Of a stretch of 50,631 nt of DNA, positions 1 to 9,564 are shown piece after piece. The DNA lies in the NCBI GenBank assembly GCA_904501875.1, contig CAJGCQ010000001.1, positions 1 through 50,631 of the forward strand. Reading direction: 5' to 3'. The DNA comes from Clostridiaceae bacterium. Lineage in GTDB: Bacteria; Bacillota; Clostridia; Oscillospirales; Acutalibacteraceae. Within the stretch, counting starts at the first letter, position 1, and each line of letters starts with the position of its first letter. The notes under the pieces were generated by a model. The model did no database searches. It saw only the letters and a list, made by a program, of their open reading frames with translations, and had not been told where the DNA came from. Position numbers and translations under genes: made by a program.

Positions 1-663
1 AAGGACTCAATCTCGGCAGAAAAGCAGGAAGAGCTTACAAAGGCGCTGGAAGAAAAATTTGCCGACAATGAGATTTCACTTTACAACTCAAACTCGGTAA
101 GCCCCACAATCGCAGGTACATTCTTTGCAAAAAGCCTTGTCGCTGTGCTTATAACCGCACTTTTGGTTGTAATCTATGTGGGAATCCGCTTTAGACGTAT
201 AGGCGGTGTTTCTGCGGCGCTCACTGCGCTTTGTGCGCTGGTATTTGACCTGTTTACAACCTTATGCATATGCGTATTTTTCAAGCTGCAGATAGACTCT
301 AACTATATCGCCGTTGTGCTTACTATCCTCGGTTACTCACTTAACGATACCATAGTTATGTATGACCGTGTGCGTGAAAACGAACGCCTTGAACCCGATA
401 TGGAAATCGGTGAGCTTGTAAACAAGAGCATAAATATGGTTAAGCTGAGAAACTTCGTAACCTCCCTTACCACCTTTATCGCAGTTATAACTATAGTTGT
501 TGTTTCGGAGCTTTTCGGTCTTTCCACACTTCGCTCCTTTGCTATTCCGATGGCCTTCGGTATCGTTTCGGGCGGTGTTTCCTCCCTCTTTATTGCAGGA
601 CCTATCTGGGTTATCTGGAAACGGCATAAGGCAAACAAGCTTGCAGCAAGCAGTAAGAGATAA
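1..663 (+). CDS. secF: Protein translocase subunit SecF (or SecDF fusion), C-terminal part; 5' end is outside the window
   Basis: Frame 1 is open from nt 1 and runs into the 172-aa track ORF (145..663). Multi-TM sequence with SecF-type motif LGYSLNDTIVMYDRVREN. A hairpin terminator follows. Confidence 0.85.
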   Translation, partial: KDSISAEKQEELTKALEEKFADNEISLYNSNSVSPTIAGTFFAKSLVAVLITALLVVIYVGIRFRRIGGVSAALTALCALVFDLFTTLCICVFFKLQIDSNYIAVVLTILGYSLNDTIVMYDRVRENERLEPDMEIGELVNKSINMVKLRNFVTSLTTFIAVITIVVVSELFGLSTLRSFAIPMAFGIVSGGVSSLFIAGPIWVIWKRHKANKLAASSKR

Positions 664-681
664 ACAATTAAAAAAACAAAG

Positions 682-717
682 GCACGGCAGTTCTTTAAAA
701 GAATTACCGTGCTTTTT
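682..717 (+). terminator. Intrinsic terminator after secF
   Basis: GCACGG...CCGTGC stem (682-687 / 707-712) with an extended imperfect stem, followed by TTTTT (713-717). Confidence 0.6.
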
Positions 718-842
718 CATATATATCAGGAATTTTGAGGCGCTTGAAGGCGGTGCGGGAGACAAATAACACTCGTGCTATTTTCTTACTGCGTGAGTCC
801 TTTTTCTTTCCTCAGCTCTTGTAATTTTTTACTTAATTCCAT
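704..842 (-). pseudogene. Frameshifted, truncated relic of an XRE-family helix-turn-helix regulator
   Basis: ATG at 842 gives MELSKKLQELRKEKGLTQ then TAA (786-788). The +1 frame continues KKIARVLFVSRTAFKRLKIPDIYEKAR to TAA at 704-706. Together these resemble the common Firmicutes XRE N-terminus (M..S.KLQELRKEKGLTQEELAE.LFVSRTA.SKWE). Only a weak SD (AAAGGA). Confidence 0.35.
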
Positions 843-864
843 AATAAACATTCCTTTATCAAAG

Positions 865-893
865 ATGGGCAGTCCCGCTATGGGGCTGCCCAT
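865..893 (-). terminator. Hairpin downstream of lysS (probable terminator)
   Basis: ATGGGCAG / CTGCCCAT stem arms (865-872 / 886-893) directly after the lysS stop. The U-tract on the minus strand is weak (CTTTG). Confidence 0.45.
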
Positions 894-903
894 TTAAAAG
901 CTT

Positions 904-2400
904 TTAGTCTAAAGGTTTCATCGTGGGGAAGCAGATTACCTCACGGATAGTGTCGGCGCCGGTGAGGAGCATTACGGCTCTGTCGATACCTATACCCATA
1001 CCCCCTGTGGGAGGCATACCGTACTCCATAGCGGTAAGGAAATCCTCATCAAGCATTTCTGCCTCGTCGTCGCCTCTGTCGCGAAGCTCCAACTGTTTCA
1101 TAAAGCGTTCACGCTGAACAATTGGGTCGTTAAGCTCGGAATAGGCGTTTGCAAGCTCGCTGTGGCATACAAACAGCTCAAAACGCTCGGTAAGTCTTGG
1201 GTCCTCGGGGGAAGCCTTAGTTAAGGGAGAAACCTCAACAGGATACATTGTAATAAATGTAGGCTGAATTAATTTTTCCTCAACCCTCTGGTCGAAGCAA
1301 GCGTAAAGAGCGTTACCCCAAGTTTTATCGGCTGTTTCGGCAAGCTCAACACCGATAGCTTGGGCGGCGGCAACCGCTTGAGCGTCATCGGTAATAGCAC
1401 CGAAATCAACACCTGCATATTCCTTAACGGCATCAACCATAGTAAGTCTGCGCCAACCGGGGGTAAGGTCGATTTTCTCACCCAACCACTCAAGCTCGTA
1501 GGTACCTAAAATTTCCTTTGCGGCACCGGAGATTATACCCTCGGCAATATCCATCATATCGTGGAAATCGGCATAAGCCTGATATAACTCAACCGTAGTA
1601 AATTCGGGATTGTGCTTAGGATCCATACCCTCGTTACGGAAAATTCTACCGATTTCATAAACCCTGTCCATGCCGCCCACAATAAGCCTCTTTAAGGGAA
1701 GCTCGGTAGCGATACGCATATACATAGGTATATTTAAGGTGTTGTGATGTGTAACAAAGGGTCTTGCGGCGGCACCGCCCACAATCGTATTAAGCACAGG
1801 AGTTTCAACCTCGATATAATTCATATTATCAAGGTAATTTCTCATAAACTTTATGAATTTTGAGCGTATTACGAAATTATTTTTAACCTCGGGGTTAACA
1901 ATAAGGTCAACATAACGCTGGCGGTATCTTAAATCGTTATCCTTGAGTCCGTGGAACTTTTCAGGAAGAGGTAAAAGAGATTTCGAAAGCAGGGTTATAG
2001 TTGTTGCGTGAACCGAAATTTCCTCAGTTTGGGTCTTGAAAACAAAGCCCTCAACGCCCACAATATCGCCAATATCCCACTTTTTGAAGGCGGCATAAGC
2101 ATCCTCACCCACATCATCACGCCTGATATAAAGCTGAATTCTGCCGGTGGAATCGCTTAAACCCACAAAGCTTGCCTTACCCATAATTCTGCGGGCAATA
2201 ATTCTGCCTGCAATTTTAACGGTTTTACCCTCAAGCTCTTGGAAGTTTGCCTTTATATTAGCAGAGTCGTTATTAAAATCAAACCTTGTAATGAGAAAAG
2301 GGTCGTTTCCGCTTTCCTTTAAAGCCGCCAGCTTTTCGTGACGAACCTTAACAATTTCATTTAAATCCTGAGCTGCAGGATTGTTATTATTCTGTGCCAT
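904..2400 (-). CDS. lysS: Lysine--tRNA ligase (class II)
   Basis: 498-aa ORF with an N-terminal OB anticodon-binding region and class II core (FRNEG, GMGIGIDR motifs). Typical LysRS length. Confidence 0.95.
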   Translation of the reverse strand: MAQNNNNPAAQDLNEIVKVRHEKLAALKESGNDPFLITRFDFNNDSANIKANFQELEGKTVKIAGRIIARRIMGKASFVGLSDSTGRIQLYIRRDDVGEDAYAAFKKWDIGDIVGVEGFVFKTQTEEISVHATTITLLSKSLLPLPEKFHGLKDNDLRYRQRYVDLIVNPEVKNNFVIRSKFIKFMRNYLDNMNYIEVETPVLNTIVGGAAARPFVTHHNTLNIPMYMRIATELPLKRLIVGGMDRVYEIGRIFRNEGMDPKHNPEFTTVELYQAYADFHDMMDIAEGIISGAAKEILGTYELEWLGEKIDLTPGWRRLTMVDAVKEYAGVDFGAITDDAQAVAAAQAIGVELAETADKTWGNALYACFDQRVEEKLIQPTFITMYPVEVSPLTKASPEDPRLTERFELFVCHSELANAYSELNDPIVQRERFMKQLELRDRGDDEAEMLDEDFLTAMEYGMPPTGGMGIGIDRAVMLLTGADTIREVICFPTMKPLD

Positions 2401-2410
2401 TTATTTCACC

Positions 2411-2884
2411 CTATTTTGAAATTCCTACTACCTTAAGCTTAAATTCGCCGCCGGGAGCCTCAACAATAACCTCATCGCCGATTTTCTTGCCCATAAGCGC
2501 TCTGCCTACAGGGGACTCGTCCGAAATTTTACCGTCTCTCGGGTCTGCCTCGGTTGAGCCTACAACACGGTATTCACACTCGTCGCCGTATTCCTCGTCA
2601 AGCACCTTTACCCTAACGCCGACCATAACCGTCTTTGCTTTGCCCTTTACATCCTCTATAATTTCAACATTTTTGAGCATTTCCTCAATCTCGACAATCC
2701 TTGCCTCGATTTTAGCCTGATCGTTCTTAGCCTCATCATATTCGCTGTTTTCAGAAAGGTCGCCGTATCCGCGGGCAACCCTAATTTTTTCGGCTATTTC
2801 CGCTCTGCCCACGGTTTTAAGATTTTCGAGCTCCTCCTCGAGTTTTTTAAGACCGTCGTCGGTAAGCTTAACTACCTTTGCCAT
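2411..2884 (-). CDS. greA: Transcription elongation factor GreA
   Basis: Track ORF 2411..2932 trimmed to Met17 ([23 protein letters not shown]...). AAGGTGG SD lies 7 nt upstream. GreA coiled-coil plus C-terminal FKBP-like domain motifs ([13 protein letters not shown]). Confidence 0.93.
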   Translation of the reverse strand: MAKVVKLTDDGLKKLEEELENLKTVGRAEIAEKIRVARGYGDLSENSEYDEAKNDQAKIEARIVEIEEMLKNVEIIEDVKGKAKTVMVGVRVKVLDEEYGDECEYRVVGSTEADPRDGKISDESPVGRALMGKKIGDEVIVEAPGGEFKLKVVGISK

Positions 2885-2988
2885 AAAATAACCACCTTTA
2901 TATATTAATGTATAAGGGTTCATATAAATCACATTATATTATTATTATCCGATTATGTCAAGGATAACTATTTTAATAAATTTGAAAT

Positions 2989-3414
2989 TTATTCCTTATC
3001 TATTTCTGCCTTGGCCTTATTTCCGAAAGCAAAAAGCTTGATTATAACAAATGTAACGGGGGCTCCAGCCGCAGTTGCAAGCACTGTCGCCCAAAACTGG
3101 TTGATTTGCATAACATTGATTGTAAGCAAGCTTACAAGTGTATAAATAAAGAAGTTAGGCACATATGAAATCAAAAACCTAAAATACCGCCTTAAGGCGA
3201 GGCGGTTTTTAAAAACTATTATACTGTTTAAAATATAATTTATTGTAAGCGAGATAAAATACCCTATGTAGGCGGCGACATTTTCTTGCACCCTGAAATG
3301 CGCCAGCCAAGAAAATAACGCAGTGTTGAATGTATTAACAATCCCTATTAGACAGTAGCCCATAAACTTTTTGCTTACAAATGTGTGTTTTAATCCGCTC
3401 AAAAGCCTTTGCAC
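2989..3414 (-). CDS. GtrA-family membrane protein
   Basis: 141 aa with about 4 TM helices. N-terminal KF.GYCLIG..NT pattern is typical of the GtrA family. Confidence 0.65.
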   Translation of the reverse strand: MQRLLSGLKHTFVSKKFMGYCLIGIVNTFNTALFSWLAHFRVQENVAAYIGYFISLTINYILNSIIVFKNRLALRRYFRFLISYVPNFFIYTLVSLLTINVMQINQFWATVLATAAGAPVTFVIIKLFAFGNKAKAEIDKE

Positions 3415-3451
3415 CGACCGTCCTCCTAATTTTTGAATTTTGCACCAAAGC

Positions 3452-4093
3452 CTATTTTAAAACCCGACAAACATCCTTTTTGTGGCCTAACACCAGCAAA
3501 TGCTCCTTTTTTGTGAACATATAATCGGGTCTGATAGGCATAACCTTACCGTCCTTTTTAACCGCAATTATATTAAGCTCGTACCTGTTTCTGAAATCAA
3601 GGTCGGTAACCGTTTTGCCAATCCATTTATCTAAGGGCTCAATCTCAAAAATAGAGTATTCTGCCGAAATGTTTATGCAGTCGAATATATTTTCAGCACT
3701 CTCAAGCCCTGCTATACGGCTCGCCACATCCCGTTCGGGATAAATAACCCTGTACGCCCCGTTGCGGAGCAGGAATTTTTCCTCAACATCACGGTTTGCC
3801 ACGCTGTAAACCTTTTTAGCCCCCAAGTCCTTGAGCAAATCGGTGATTTCAAGGCAGGCCTGAAAGAAGTCCTCAATGCAGACAAAGCATGCGTCAAATT
3901 CCTCAACACCAAGAGTTTTAAGTACATCTATCTTTGTGCAGTCGCACACCCTTGCGCTTACGACCATAGGCATTATATCTTCCATTGTTTCGGCATTTAT
4001 ATCCGCCACCATTATTTCACAGCCGTTTTTTGAAAGCTCGTTGCAAAGGTGATGCCCAAGCGACCCCATACCGATTATAAGAAAGGATTTCAT
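3452..4093 (-). CDS. trkA: Potassium uptake protein, TrkA/KtrA NAD-binding subunit
   Basis: 213 aa with Rossmann motif IIGMGSLGHHL (RCK_N) and an RCK_C-like C-terminus. Adjacent to trkH. Confidence 0.85.
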   Translation of the reverse strand: MKSFLIIGMGSLGHHLCNELSKNGCEIMVADINAETMEDIMPMVVSARVCDCTKIDVLKTLGVEEFDACFVCIEDFFQACLEITDLLKDLGAKKVYSVANRDVEEKFLLRNGAYRVIYPERDVASRIAGLESAENIFDCINISAEYSIFEIEPLDKWIGKTVTDLDFRNRYELNIIAVKKDGKVMPIRPDYMFTKKEHLLVLGHKKDVCRVLK

Positions 4094-4114
4094 TTCATTA
4101 TCTCCTTTTTGAAA

Positions 4115-5443
4115 TTACCCCACCGTTACTGATTCCTCAGGATAGGAAACAGGCGGCTTTCTGCGCTCAAATAGGGATATTCCGAAAGATATACTCCCTA
4201 CCCGCCCGCAATACATCAGGAATATTATAACCAATTTAGAGACTAAATTCAAGTCCCTTGTTATACCTGTGGTCATTCCCACCGTGCTTATTGCCGAAGT
4301 GGTCTCAAAAACCGCTTCGGTAATGCTGAAGCCCTGTACGGCACAGAGCACCGTAGCGCCTAAAAGCAGGAGCAGTAAATTTGTGAATATTATAATAACC
4401 GATTTTCTAAGCACATCATCCCTAATGCGCCTCTTATAAAAATGAATATTCTCCTGACCCCGCATACCCGCTATAAGGAAAATCAATATAACCGCAATGG
4501 TAGTGGTTTTAACACCGCCCGCCGTAGAGCCTGACGAACCGCCTATAAACATTAAAACAATGGTTATAAGCTTTGAGGCGGGTGCAAGCGCTGCAGTGTC
4601 CACGGTATTAAAGCCCGCAGTCCTTGCGGTAACAGAGCCGAAAAACGCCGTCCATATTCTCTCGCTAAGGGACTTGTCGGCACCGGTGTTATTATGCTCG
4701 AATACAAAAAGTAACAGGGTCCCGCCTAAAATCAAAACTGCAGTCACCGTAAGCACGGTTTTGGTGTGCAAAGAGAATTTTTTTAATTTAAAATGACAGG
4801 CCGTGATATCGTCCCACACAAGGAATCCGATACCGCCGACTACAATAAGGGTTATAAGTACCGCATTTACCAGGACGCTGTCTGACAGGGAGGTAAAGGA
4901 GGAATAATCCCCCATAAGGTCAAAGCCGGCGTTGCAAAAGGCGGAAATCGCGTGGAAAAATCCATAATAAACACCCTTAAAAAAGCCAAAATTCGGTTGT
5001 CTTACAAAGTGTATCGCAAGCAAAATTCCGCCGATACTTTCTATTGCTATAGTTCCTATAATGATTTTTCTTACAAGCCTTGAAAAGTCCCCCATTTTTG
5101 TGGTGTTAATACTTTCCGCCATTACCGCCCTTTCCCTTAGGCTTGCCTTTTTGCTTACAAGCCTGAAAAAGAAAATAGCAATGGTCATAAAACCAAGACC
5201 GCCTATCTGTATAAGCAAAAGAATAACCAGCTGACCGAACAGCGACCAATAGGTTACGGTGTCCTGCAAAATAAGCCCCGTAACACAGGATGCCGAGGTA
5301 GCGGTAAAAAGCGCCGTGACAGGGCCTGCGCCTACACCCTCACGGGTAGCGCAGGGCAGCATAAGCAGGGCTGTGCCCAAAAGTATCATAATAAGGTATC
5401 CGAGAGTGATAACTCGAACATGAGAAAGCCTGTGATGTTTCAT
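4115..5443 (-). CDS. trkH: Potassium transporter TrkH/KtrB membrane subunit
   Basis: Track ORF 4115..5467 trimmed to Met9 (MKHHRLSHVRV...), which has GGAGG 6 nt upstream. Polytopic, with repeated GF/GG selectivity-filter-like motifs (CNAGFD, RTAGFNT, GGSSGSTAGG). Confidence 0.85.
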   Translation of the reverse strand: MKHHRLSHVRVITLGYLIMILLGTALLMLPCATREGVGAGPVTALFTATSASCVTGLILQDTVTYWSLFGQLVILLLIQIGGLGFMTIAIFFFRLVSKKASLRERAVMAESINTTKMGDFSRLVRKIIIGTIAIESIGGILLAIHFVRQPNFGFFKGVYYGFFHAISAFCNAGFDLMGDYSSFTSLSDSVLVNAVLITLIVVGGIGFLVWDDITACHFKLKKFSLHTKTVLTVTAVLILGGTLLLFVFEHNNTGADKSLSERIWTAFFGSVTARTAGFNTVDTAALAPASKLITIVLMFIGGSSGSTAGGVKTTTIAVILIFLIAGMRGQENIHFYKRRIRDDVLRKSVIIIFTNLLLLLLGATVLCAVQGFSITEAVFETTSAISTVGMTTGITRDLNLVSKLVIIFLMYCGRVGSISFGISLFERRKPPVSYPEESVTVG

Positions 5444-5537
5444 TAAATGCCTCCGTAGCCAAAGCATTCAAACTTGAATCAGATTTTGAAACAAGTATTT
5501 TTCGCTGTGCTTTGTTAAAATACTCGTAAACCGTAAC

Positions 5538-5562
5538 CAAACCCTCCCGACTTGCGGGAGGG
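5538..5562 (-). terminator. Intrinsic terminator after the Na/Pi transporter gene
   Basis: CCCTCCCG / CGGGAGGG 8-bp stem (5542-5549 / 5555-5562), followed on the minus strand by TTTGG. Confidence 0.5.
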
Positions 5563-5572
5563 GTTGCTGAGT

Positions 5573-7333
5573 TTATGTATCCAAAGTATATTTTTCGCTG
5601 AATTTGTTGAAATCGTCCACAAAGGTGCCATTGTGAGAACTCTTAAGCCTATGCAGATACTTGTGGGTGTCCAGCTTATCGGTGGGAAGCTGCATTGTAT
5701 AAACTGCGATATTTGAGCAGTGGTCGGAAACACGCTCATAATTTGTGAGCAGGTCGGTAAAGATAAAGCCCAGCTCGATGGTGCATTCGCCGTTTTGCAA
5801 GCGGTTGATATGCCGTGCCTTAAGCTCCTTATTAAGCTTGTCGATAACCTGTTCAAGCGGCTCGACATGAGAAGCCTGCTCTATATCGTCGTTTATAAAG
5901 GAGTCTATTGTCATATTAAGTATTTCGGTTACAGCGGCAGTGATTACAGCAATTTCCTTCATTGCATCATCAGAGAAATGTATATTTTTGTTATGCATTT
6001 CCTTAGCAACCTTGCAGATATTAAGGGCATGGTCACCTATACGTTCAAAGTCGCCTATACTATGGAGCATTCTCGCTATGCTGTGAGCCGTATTTTCGGA
6101 CTGCTCATTATTACTTAAACGCACAAGGTAGGTGCCCAGCTTGTCCTCATATTTATCGATAAGCTCCTCGTTTTCACGGATAAACTCAACGGTCTGGGGG
6201 TCATATTTAGCAATAAGCGAAATGGATTTTAAAAGGGACTCCCTTGCATGCTCCGCCATCTCGGAAGTAAGCCTGTGGCACTCCGAAACCGCAAATGCAG
6301 CATTGTTAAAGAGACGCTCGTCCAAAAATACGGTATGAGTTATACCGTCATTTTTCTTAACGGTAAGCTCGCAAAGGTGTATAACCGCCTTCCTGAAAGG
6401 AACGAGAATTACTGTATTCACAAAGTTAAAGAGGGTGTGAATCATAGCTACGCCTATCATGGAAACAGGCGATTTTATAAATGCTACCCCTGCAAATTCT
6501 GCAACATAAAGCAAAATAAGGCACAGCACCGAGCCGATTACATTAACATAAATGTGCATCGCAACTACACGCTTGGCGTTTTTGTTAGTACCGAAGCTTG
6601 AGATAAACGCCGTGACACAGGTGCCGATATTAGCGCCGAGTACCAGCGGTATCGCCATTTCATAGGTGATGCTACCCGTAAGGGCTAACGCCTGAACAAT
6701 ACCGATGGTCGCCGCCGAGGACTGGATAACCCCTGTGAAAAGCATCGATATTAAAAGTGCTATCATAGGACTGCTGAAGGCAAAGAGCAAGCTCTTAAAG
6801 CCCTCCATTTCCTGAACGGCGCTCATAGAATCACTCATAAAGTCCATTCCCGTCATAAGAACGGCAAAGCCTATGAGAATAAGTCCGATATTCTTCTTTC
6901 TGTCCTGCTTTGAAACCATTCTGAGAAGTATTCCGATAAAGGCAAGAATGGGCGCAAAGGTCATGGGCTTTAATAAAGTAAGGAAGAAATTGTCGCCACT
7001 TATGCCAGTAAGGCTTAAAAGCCAGGCAGTGAGGGTTGTTCCCACATTCGAGCCCATTATTATGCCGAAGGTGTCGCAGAAATTAACTATTCCTGAATTT
7101 ACAAGACCTACAAGCATTACGGTCATCGCCGAGGAGGACTGTATCGCAATGGTTATTCCCGCTCCCAGAAAGAAGCTTAAAAACTGGTTTTTTGTAACCT
7201 TTTTAAGGGTCTTTTCAAGGGCGCCGCCCGCAATATTTTCAAGTCCGTCCGACAAGGTGGACATTCCGTAAAGGAAAAACGCGAGACCGCCTAACAGCTC
7301 GGCCGTCATTAACAAAATTTGAGTGGATATCAT
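5573..7333 (-). CDS. Na+/phosphate cotransporter family protein with C-terminal PhoU-like domains
   Basis: 586 aa. The N-terminal half is polytopic with duplicated QSSSA-type motifs (IQSSSAMT, IQSSAATI). The C-terminal half is soluble, helical and PhoU-like. Confidence 0.85.
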   Translation of the reverse strand: MISTQILLMTAELLGGLAFFLYGMSTLSDGLENIAGGALEKTLKKVTKNQFLSFFLGAGITIAIQSSSAMTVMLVGLVNSGIVNFCDTFGIIMGSNVGTTLTAWLLSLTGISGDNFFLTLLKPMTFAPILAFIGILLRMVSKQDRKKNIGLILIGFAVLMTGMDFMSDSMSAVQEMEGFKSLLFAFSSPMIALLISMLFTGVIQSSAATIGIVQALALTGSITYEMAIPLVLGANIGTCVTAFISSFGTNKNAKRVVAMHIYVNVIGSVLCLILLYVAEFAGVAFIKSPVSMIGVAMIHTLFNFVNTVILVPFRKAVIHLCELTVKKNDGITHTVFLDERLFNNAAFAVSECHRLTSEMAEHARESLLKSISLIAKYDPQTVEFIRENEELIDKYEDKLGTYLVRLSNNEQSENTAHSIARMLHSIGDFERIGDHALNICKVAKEMHNKNIHFSDDAMKEIAVITAAVTEILNMTIDSFINDDIEQASHVEPLEQVIDKLNKELKARHINRLQNGECTIELGFIFTDLLTNYERVSDHCSNIAVYTMQLPTDKLDTHKYLHRLKSSHNGTFVDDFNKFSEKYTLDT

Positions 7334-7365
7334 TTTATTACCTCTTTGAAGGCTGTCGCCCCGAT

Positions 7366-8757
7366 TTAAAATTTAACAGATTCTGCAATATAAGTCTTAA
7401 GTTCAGAAATGGGGATACGCTTCTGCTCCATTGTGTCACGGTCACGCACGGTGACGCAGTTGTCCTCAAGGGAGTCGAAATCGTAGGTTATGCAAATCGG
7501 TGTGCCGATTTCGTCCTGACGGCGATAACGCTTGCCTATTGAGCCCGCATCGTCAAAATCCACCATAAAGTCTTTGGCTAAATCACCGAACACCTCGGTT
7601 GCTTTTTCCGAGAGCTTTTTGGAAAGAGGTAAAACCGCCGCCTTAAAGGGGGCAAGTGCGGGGTGCAGATGAAGGACTACTCTTGTGTCTCCCTTTTCGT
7701 CCTGCTCCTCATCATATGCGTCACAAAGGAAGGCAAGCAAAACTCGGTCTGCACCTAAAGAAGGCTCTATTACATAAGGAATGTATTTTTCGTTTGTTTC
7801 GGGGTCAAAATACTCCATAGACTCACCCGAATGATTAGCGTGCTGGGTTAAATCGTAATCGGTACGGTCGGCAACGCCCCAAAGCTCGCCCCAGCCAAAG
7901 GGGAAGAGGAACTCAAAGTCGGTTGTTGCCTTTGAATAGAAGCAAAGCTCATCCTCGTCGTGGTCACGAAGTCTCAGGTGTTCCTCGGTCATACCGAGGT
8001 CTAAAAGCCACTTCTTGCAGAAGCCGCGCCAGTACTCAAACCAATAAAGGTCGGTGCCGGGCTTGCAGAAGAACTCAAGCTCCATCTGCTCAAACTCCCG
8101 TATTCTGAAGATAAAGTTACCCGGTGTTATCTCGTTTCTGAAGGATTTGCCCACCTGCGCTACACCGAAGGGTACCTTCTTTCTTGTAGTGCGGGCAATA
8201 TTCTTGAAGTTTACGAAAATGCCCTGCGCAGTTTCGGGACGGAGATAAAGGGTAGAGGAGCTATCCTCCGTAACACCCTGAAAGGTCTTGAACATAAGGT
8301 TAAACTTTCTTATATCGGTAAAATCACGGGAGCCGCAGTGAGGACAGGTAATTTCCTTATCCTTAATGTACTGCATCATTTCCTCATCGCTCATAGCGGC
8401 GGGGTTATCAGAAAGCCCGTTTTCTGCCACATAGTCCTCGATAAGCTTATCGGCTCTGTGCCTTGTCTTGCAGGAACGGCAGTCCATAAGCGGGTCTGAA
8501 AAGCCGCCCAAGTGACCCGAAGCCACCCAGGTCTCGGGGTTCATCAAAATCGCACTGTCGAGCCCAACATTGTAAGGAGACTCCTGAACGAATTTTTTAA
8601 GCCAAGCCTTTTTTATATTATTTTTAAGCTCCACGCCCAAGGGACCGTAATCCCATGAATTTGCAAGACCGCCGTATATTTCGCTGCCGGGGTATACAAA
8701 GCCGCGGCCCTTTGCAAGGGCAACAATGGTATCCATACTTTTTTTTGCGTTATCCAA
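7366..8757 (-). CDS. glyQS: Glycine--tRNA ligase (alpha2 type GlyQS)
   Basis: Class II GlyRS sequence ([24 protein letters not shown]...). The track start at 8817 lies upstream of the predicted promoter. TTG at 8757 has AGGAGG 8 nt upstream; ATG at 8736 is an alternative start. Confidence 0.92.
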   Translation of the reverse strand: MDNAKKSMDTIVALAKGRGFVYPGSEIYGGLANSWDYGPLGVELKNNIKKAWLKKFVQESPYNVGLDSAILMNPETWVASGHLGGFSDPLMDCRSCKTRHRADKLIEDYVAENGLSDNPAAMSDEEMMQYIKDKEITCPHCGSRDFTDIRKFNLMFKTFQGVTEDSSSTLYLRPETAQGIFVNFKNIARTTRKKVPFGVAQVGKSFRNEITPGNFIFRIREFEQMELEFFCKPGTDLYWFEYWRGFCKKWLLDLGMTEEHLRLRDHDEDELCFYSKATTDFEFLFPFGWGELWGVADRTDYDLTQHANHSGESMEYFDPETNEKYIPYVIEPSLGADRVLLAFLCDAYDEEQDEKGDTRVVLHLHPALAPFKAAVLPLSKKLSEKATEVFGDLAKDFMVDFDDAGSIGKRYRRQDEIGTPICITYDFDSLEDNCVTVRDRDTMEQKRIPISELKTYIAESVKF

Positions 8758-8796
8758 AATTTTCTTCCTCCTGAAACCGAAATTTCTACAAATAAT

Positions 8797-8825
8797 ATAG
8801 TATAAGAAATTTGTCAAAAAGTCAA
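8797..8825 (-). promoter_or_regulatory. Putative sigma-A promoter of glyQS
   Basis: Minus strand: TTGACT, 17 nt, TACTAT. Confidence 0.4.
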
Positions 8826-8837
8826 CACTAATTTAAC

Positions 8838-8866
8838 TTGACATATTAATATATATCAATTATAAT
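8838..8866 (+). promoter_or_regulatory. Putative sigma-A promoter of the small-protein cassette
   Basis: TTGACA (8838-8843), 17 nt, TATAAT (8861-8866). Consensus in both hexamers. Confidence 0.55.
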
Positions 8867-8899
8867 CTTAGCATAGAATGAATAGGAGGTTTTGTTATT

Positions 8900-9163
8900 A
8901 TGGATAACGGAAGAATTCAACTTCACAACGTTGATTTTGATGATTTTATAAAGGCTATAGACCAATGCAAGGGCGATGTTTATCTCGAAACCAAAGACGG
9001 CGATATACTAAACCTCAAATCCAAGCTTTGCCAGATGATAGGTTTAAGCACGATTTTAAACAATTCCGAGGTTGCCGAGGCTACAATCCGTTGCACCCAT
9101 CCTGAGGACGAAACCATGCTCTTCAGGTTCAATCTTTACGGCAAAATGCCGGAGGAGAAATAA
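8900..9163 (+). CDS. Small acidic hypothetical protein (87 aa) with weak HPr/Crh-like pattern
   Basis: ATG preceded by AGGAGG, with a consensus promoter upstream. Pattern DVYLE..G.ILNLKS....M.L....AEATI resembles the HPr core, but no GIHARP His15 motif is present. Confidence 0.6.
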   Translation: MDNGRIQLHNVDFDDFIKAIDQCKGDVYLETKDGDILNLKSKLCQMIGLSTILNNSEVAEATIRCTHPEDETMLFRFNLYGKMPEEK

Positions 9164-9168
9164 GAATT

Positions 9169-9450
9169 ATGGCAGAAAATAAATTTTTAACCTATAAAGA
9201 AAAACCGCTTGTTAAGTGCGGAAACGAAATCTATTACGGCGATATGTCAGAGCCCTTTGTTGTGAGATTCACCGTGCTGTCCACAGTTAAGGCAGGCGAA
9301 AACGAGATTCCCGGCAAGGTAAGGGTCGAGCTTTTAAAGAGCGATACCCAACTTCCCGATAAGGAAAGAATTGTAAAAGCCTCTGAAAAGGACTCCTTCT
9401 TTGATGCCCTTGATGTTGGCTTTGTATGGCTTGAAAGAAATCTTAAATAA
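9169..9450 (+). CDS. Small hypothetical protein (93 aa)
   Basis: Starts 5 nt after the previous stop, with GGAGGAG upstream, and is followed by a strong terminator. No family recognised. Confidence 0.6.
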   Translation: MAENKFLTYKEKPLVKCGNEIYYGDMSEPFVVRFTVLSTVKAGENEIPGKVRVELLKSDTQLPDKERIVKASEKDSFFDALDVGFVWLERNLK

Positions 9451-9487
9451 TAAAGAGACTGTACATTAAGGTGTTTGCACAAATTAA

Positions 9488-9516
9488 CCCCTCCCTCGTC
9501 TGAGGGAGGGGTTTTT
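9488..9516 (+). terminator. Intrinsic terminator of the small-protein cassette
   Basis: CCCCTCCCTC / GAGGGAGGGG 10-bp stem, GTCT loop, then TTTTT. Confidence 0.75.
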
Positions 9517-9529
9517 ACAAAGCTTCAAG

Positions 9530-9563
9530 AAAAAAGCCTCCCTTTGCACAAGGGAGGCTTTTT
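9530..9563. terminator. Bidirectional terminator (pyrP on the minus strand; second terminator on the plus strand)
   Basis: GCCTCCCT / AGGGAGGC stem (9536-9543 / 9551-9558), flanked by A6 upstream and T5 downstream. Confidence 0.65.
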
Positions 9564-9564
9564 A

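Noticed and set aside
337-765. 142-aa minus-strand ORF overlapping the secF 3' end
   Set aside because: It is antisense to secF and crosses the secF terminator. Only the short XRE-like relic further right shows any protein-like signal.
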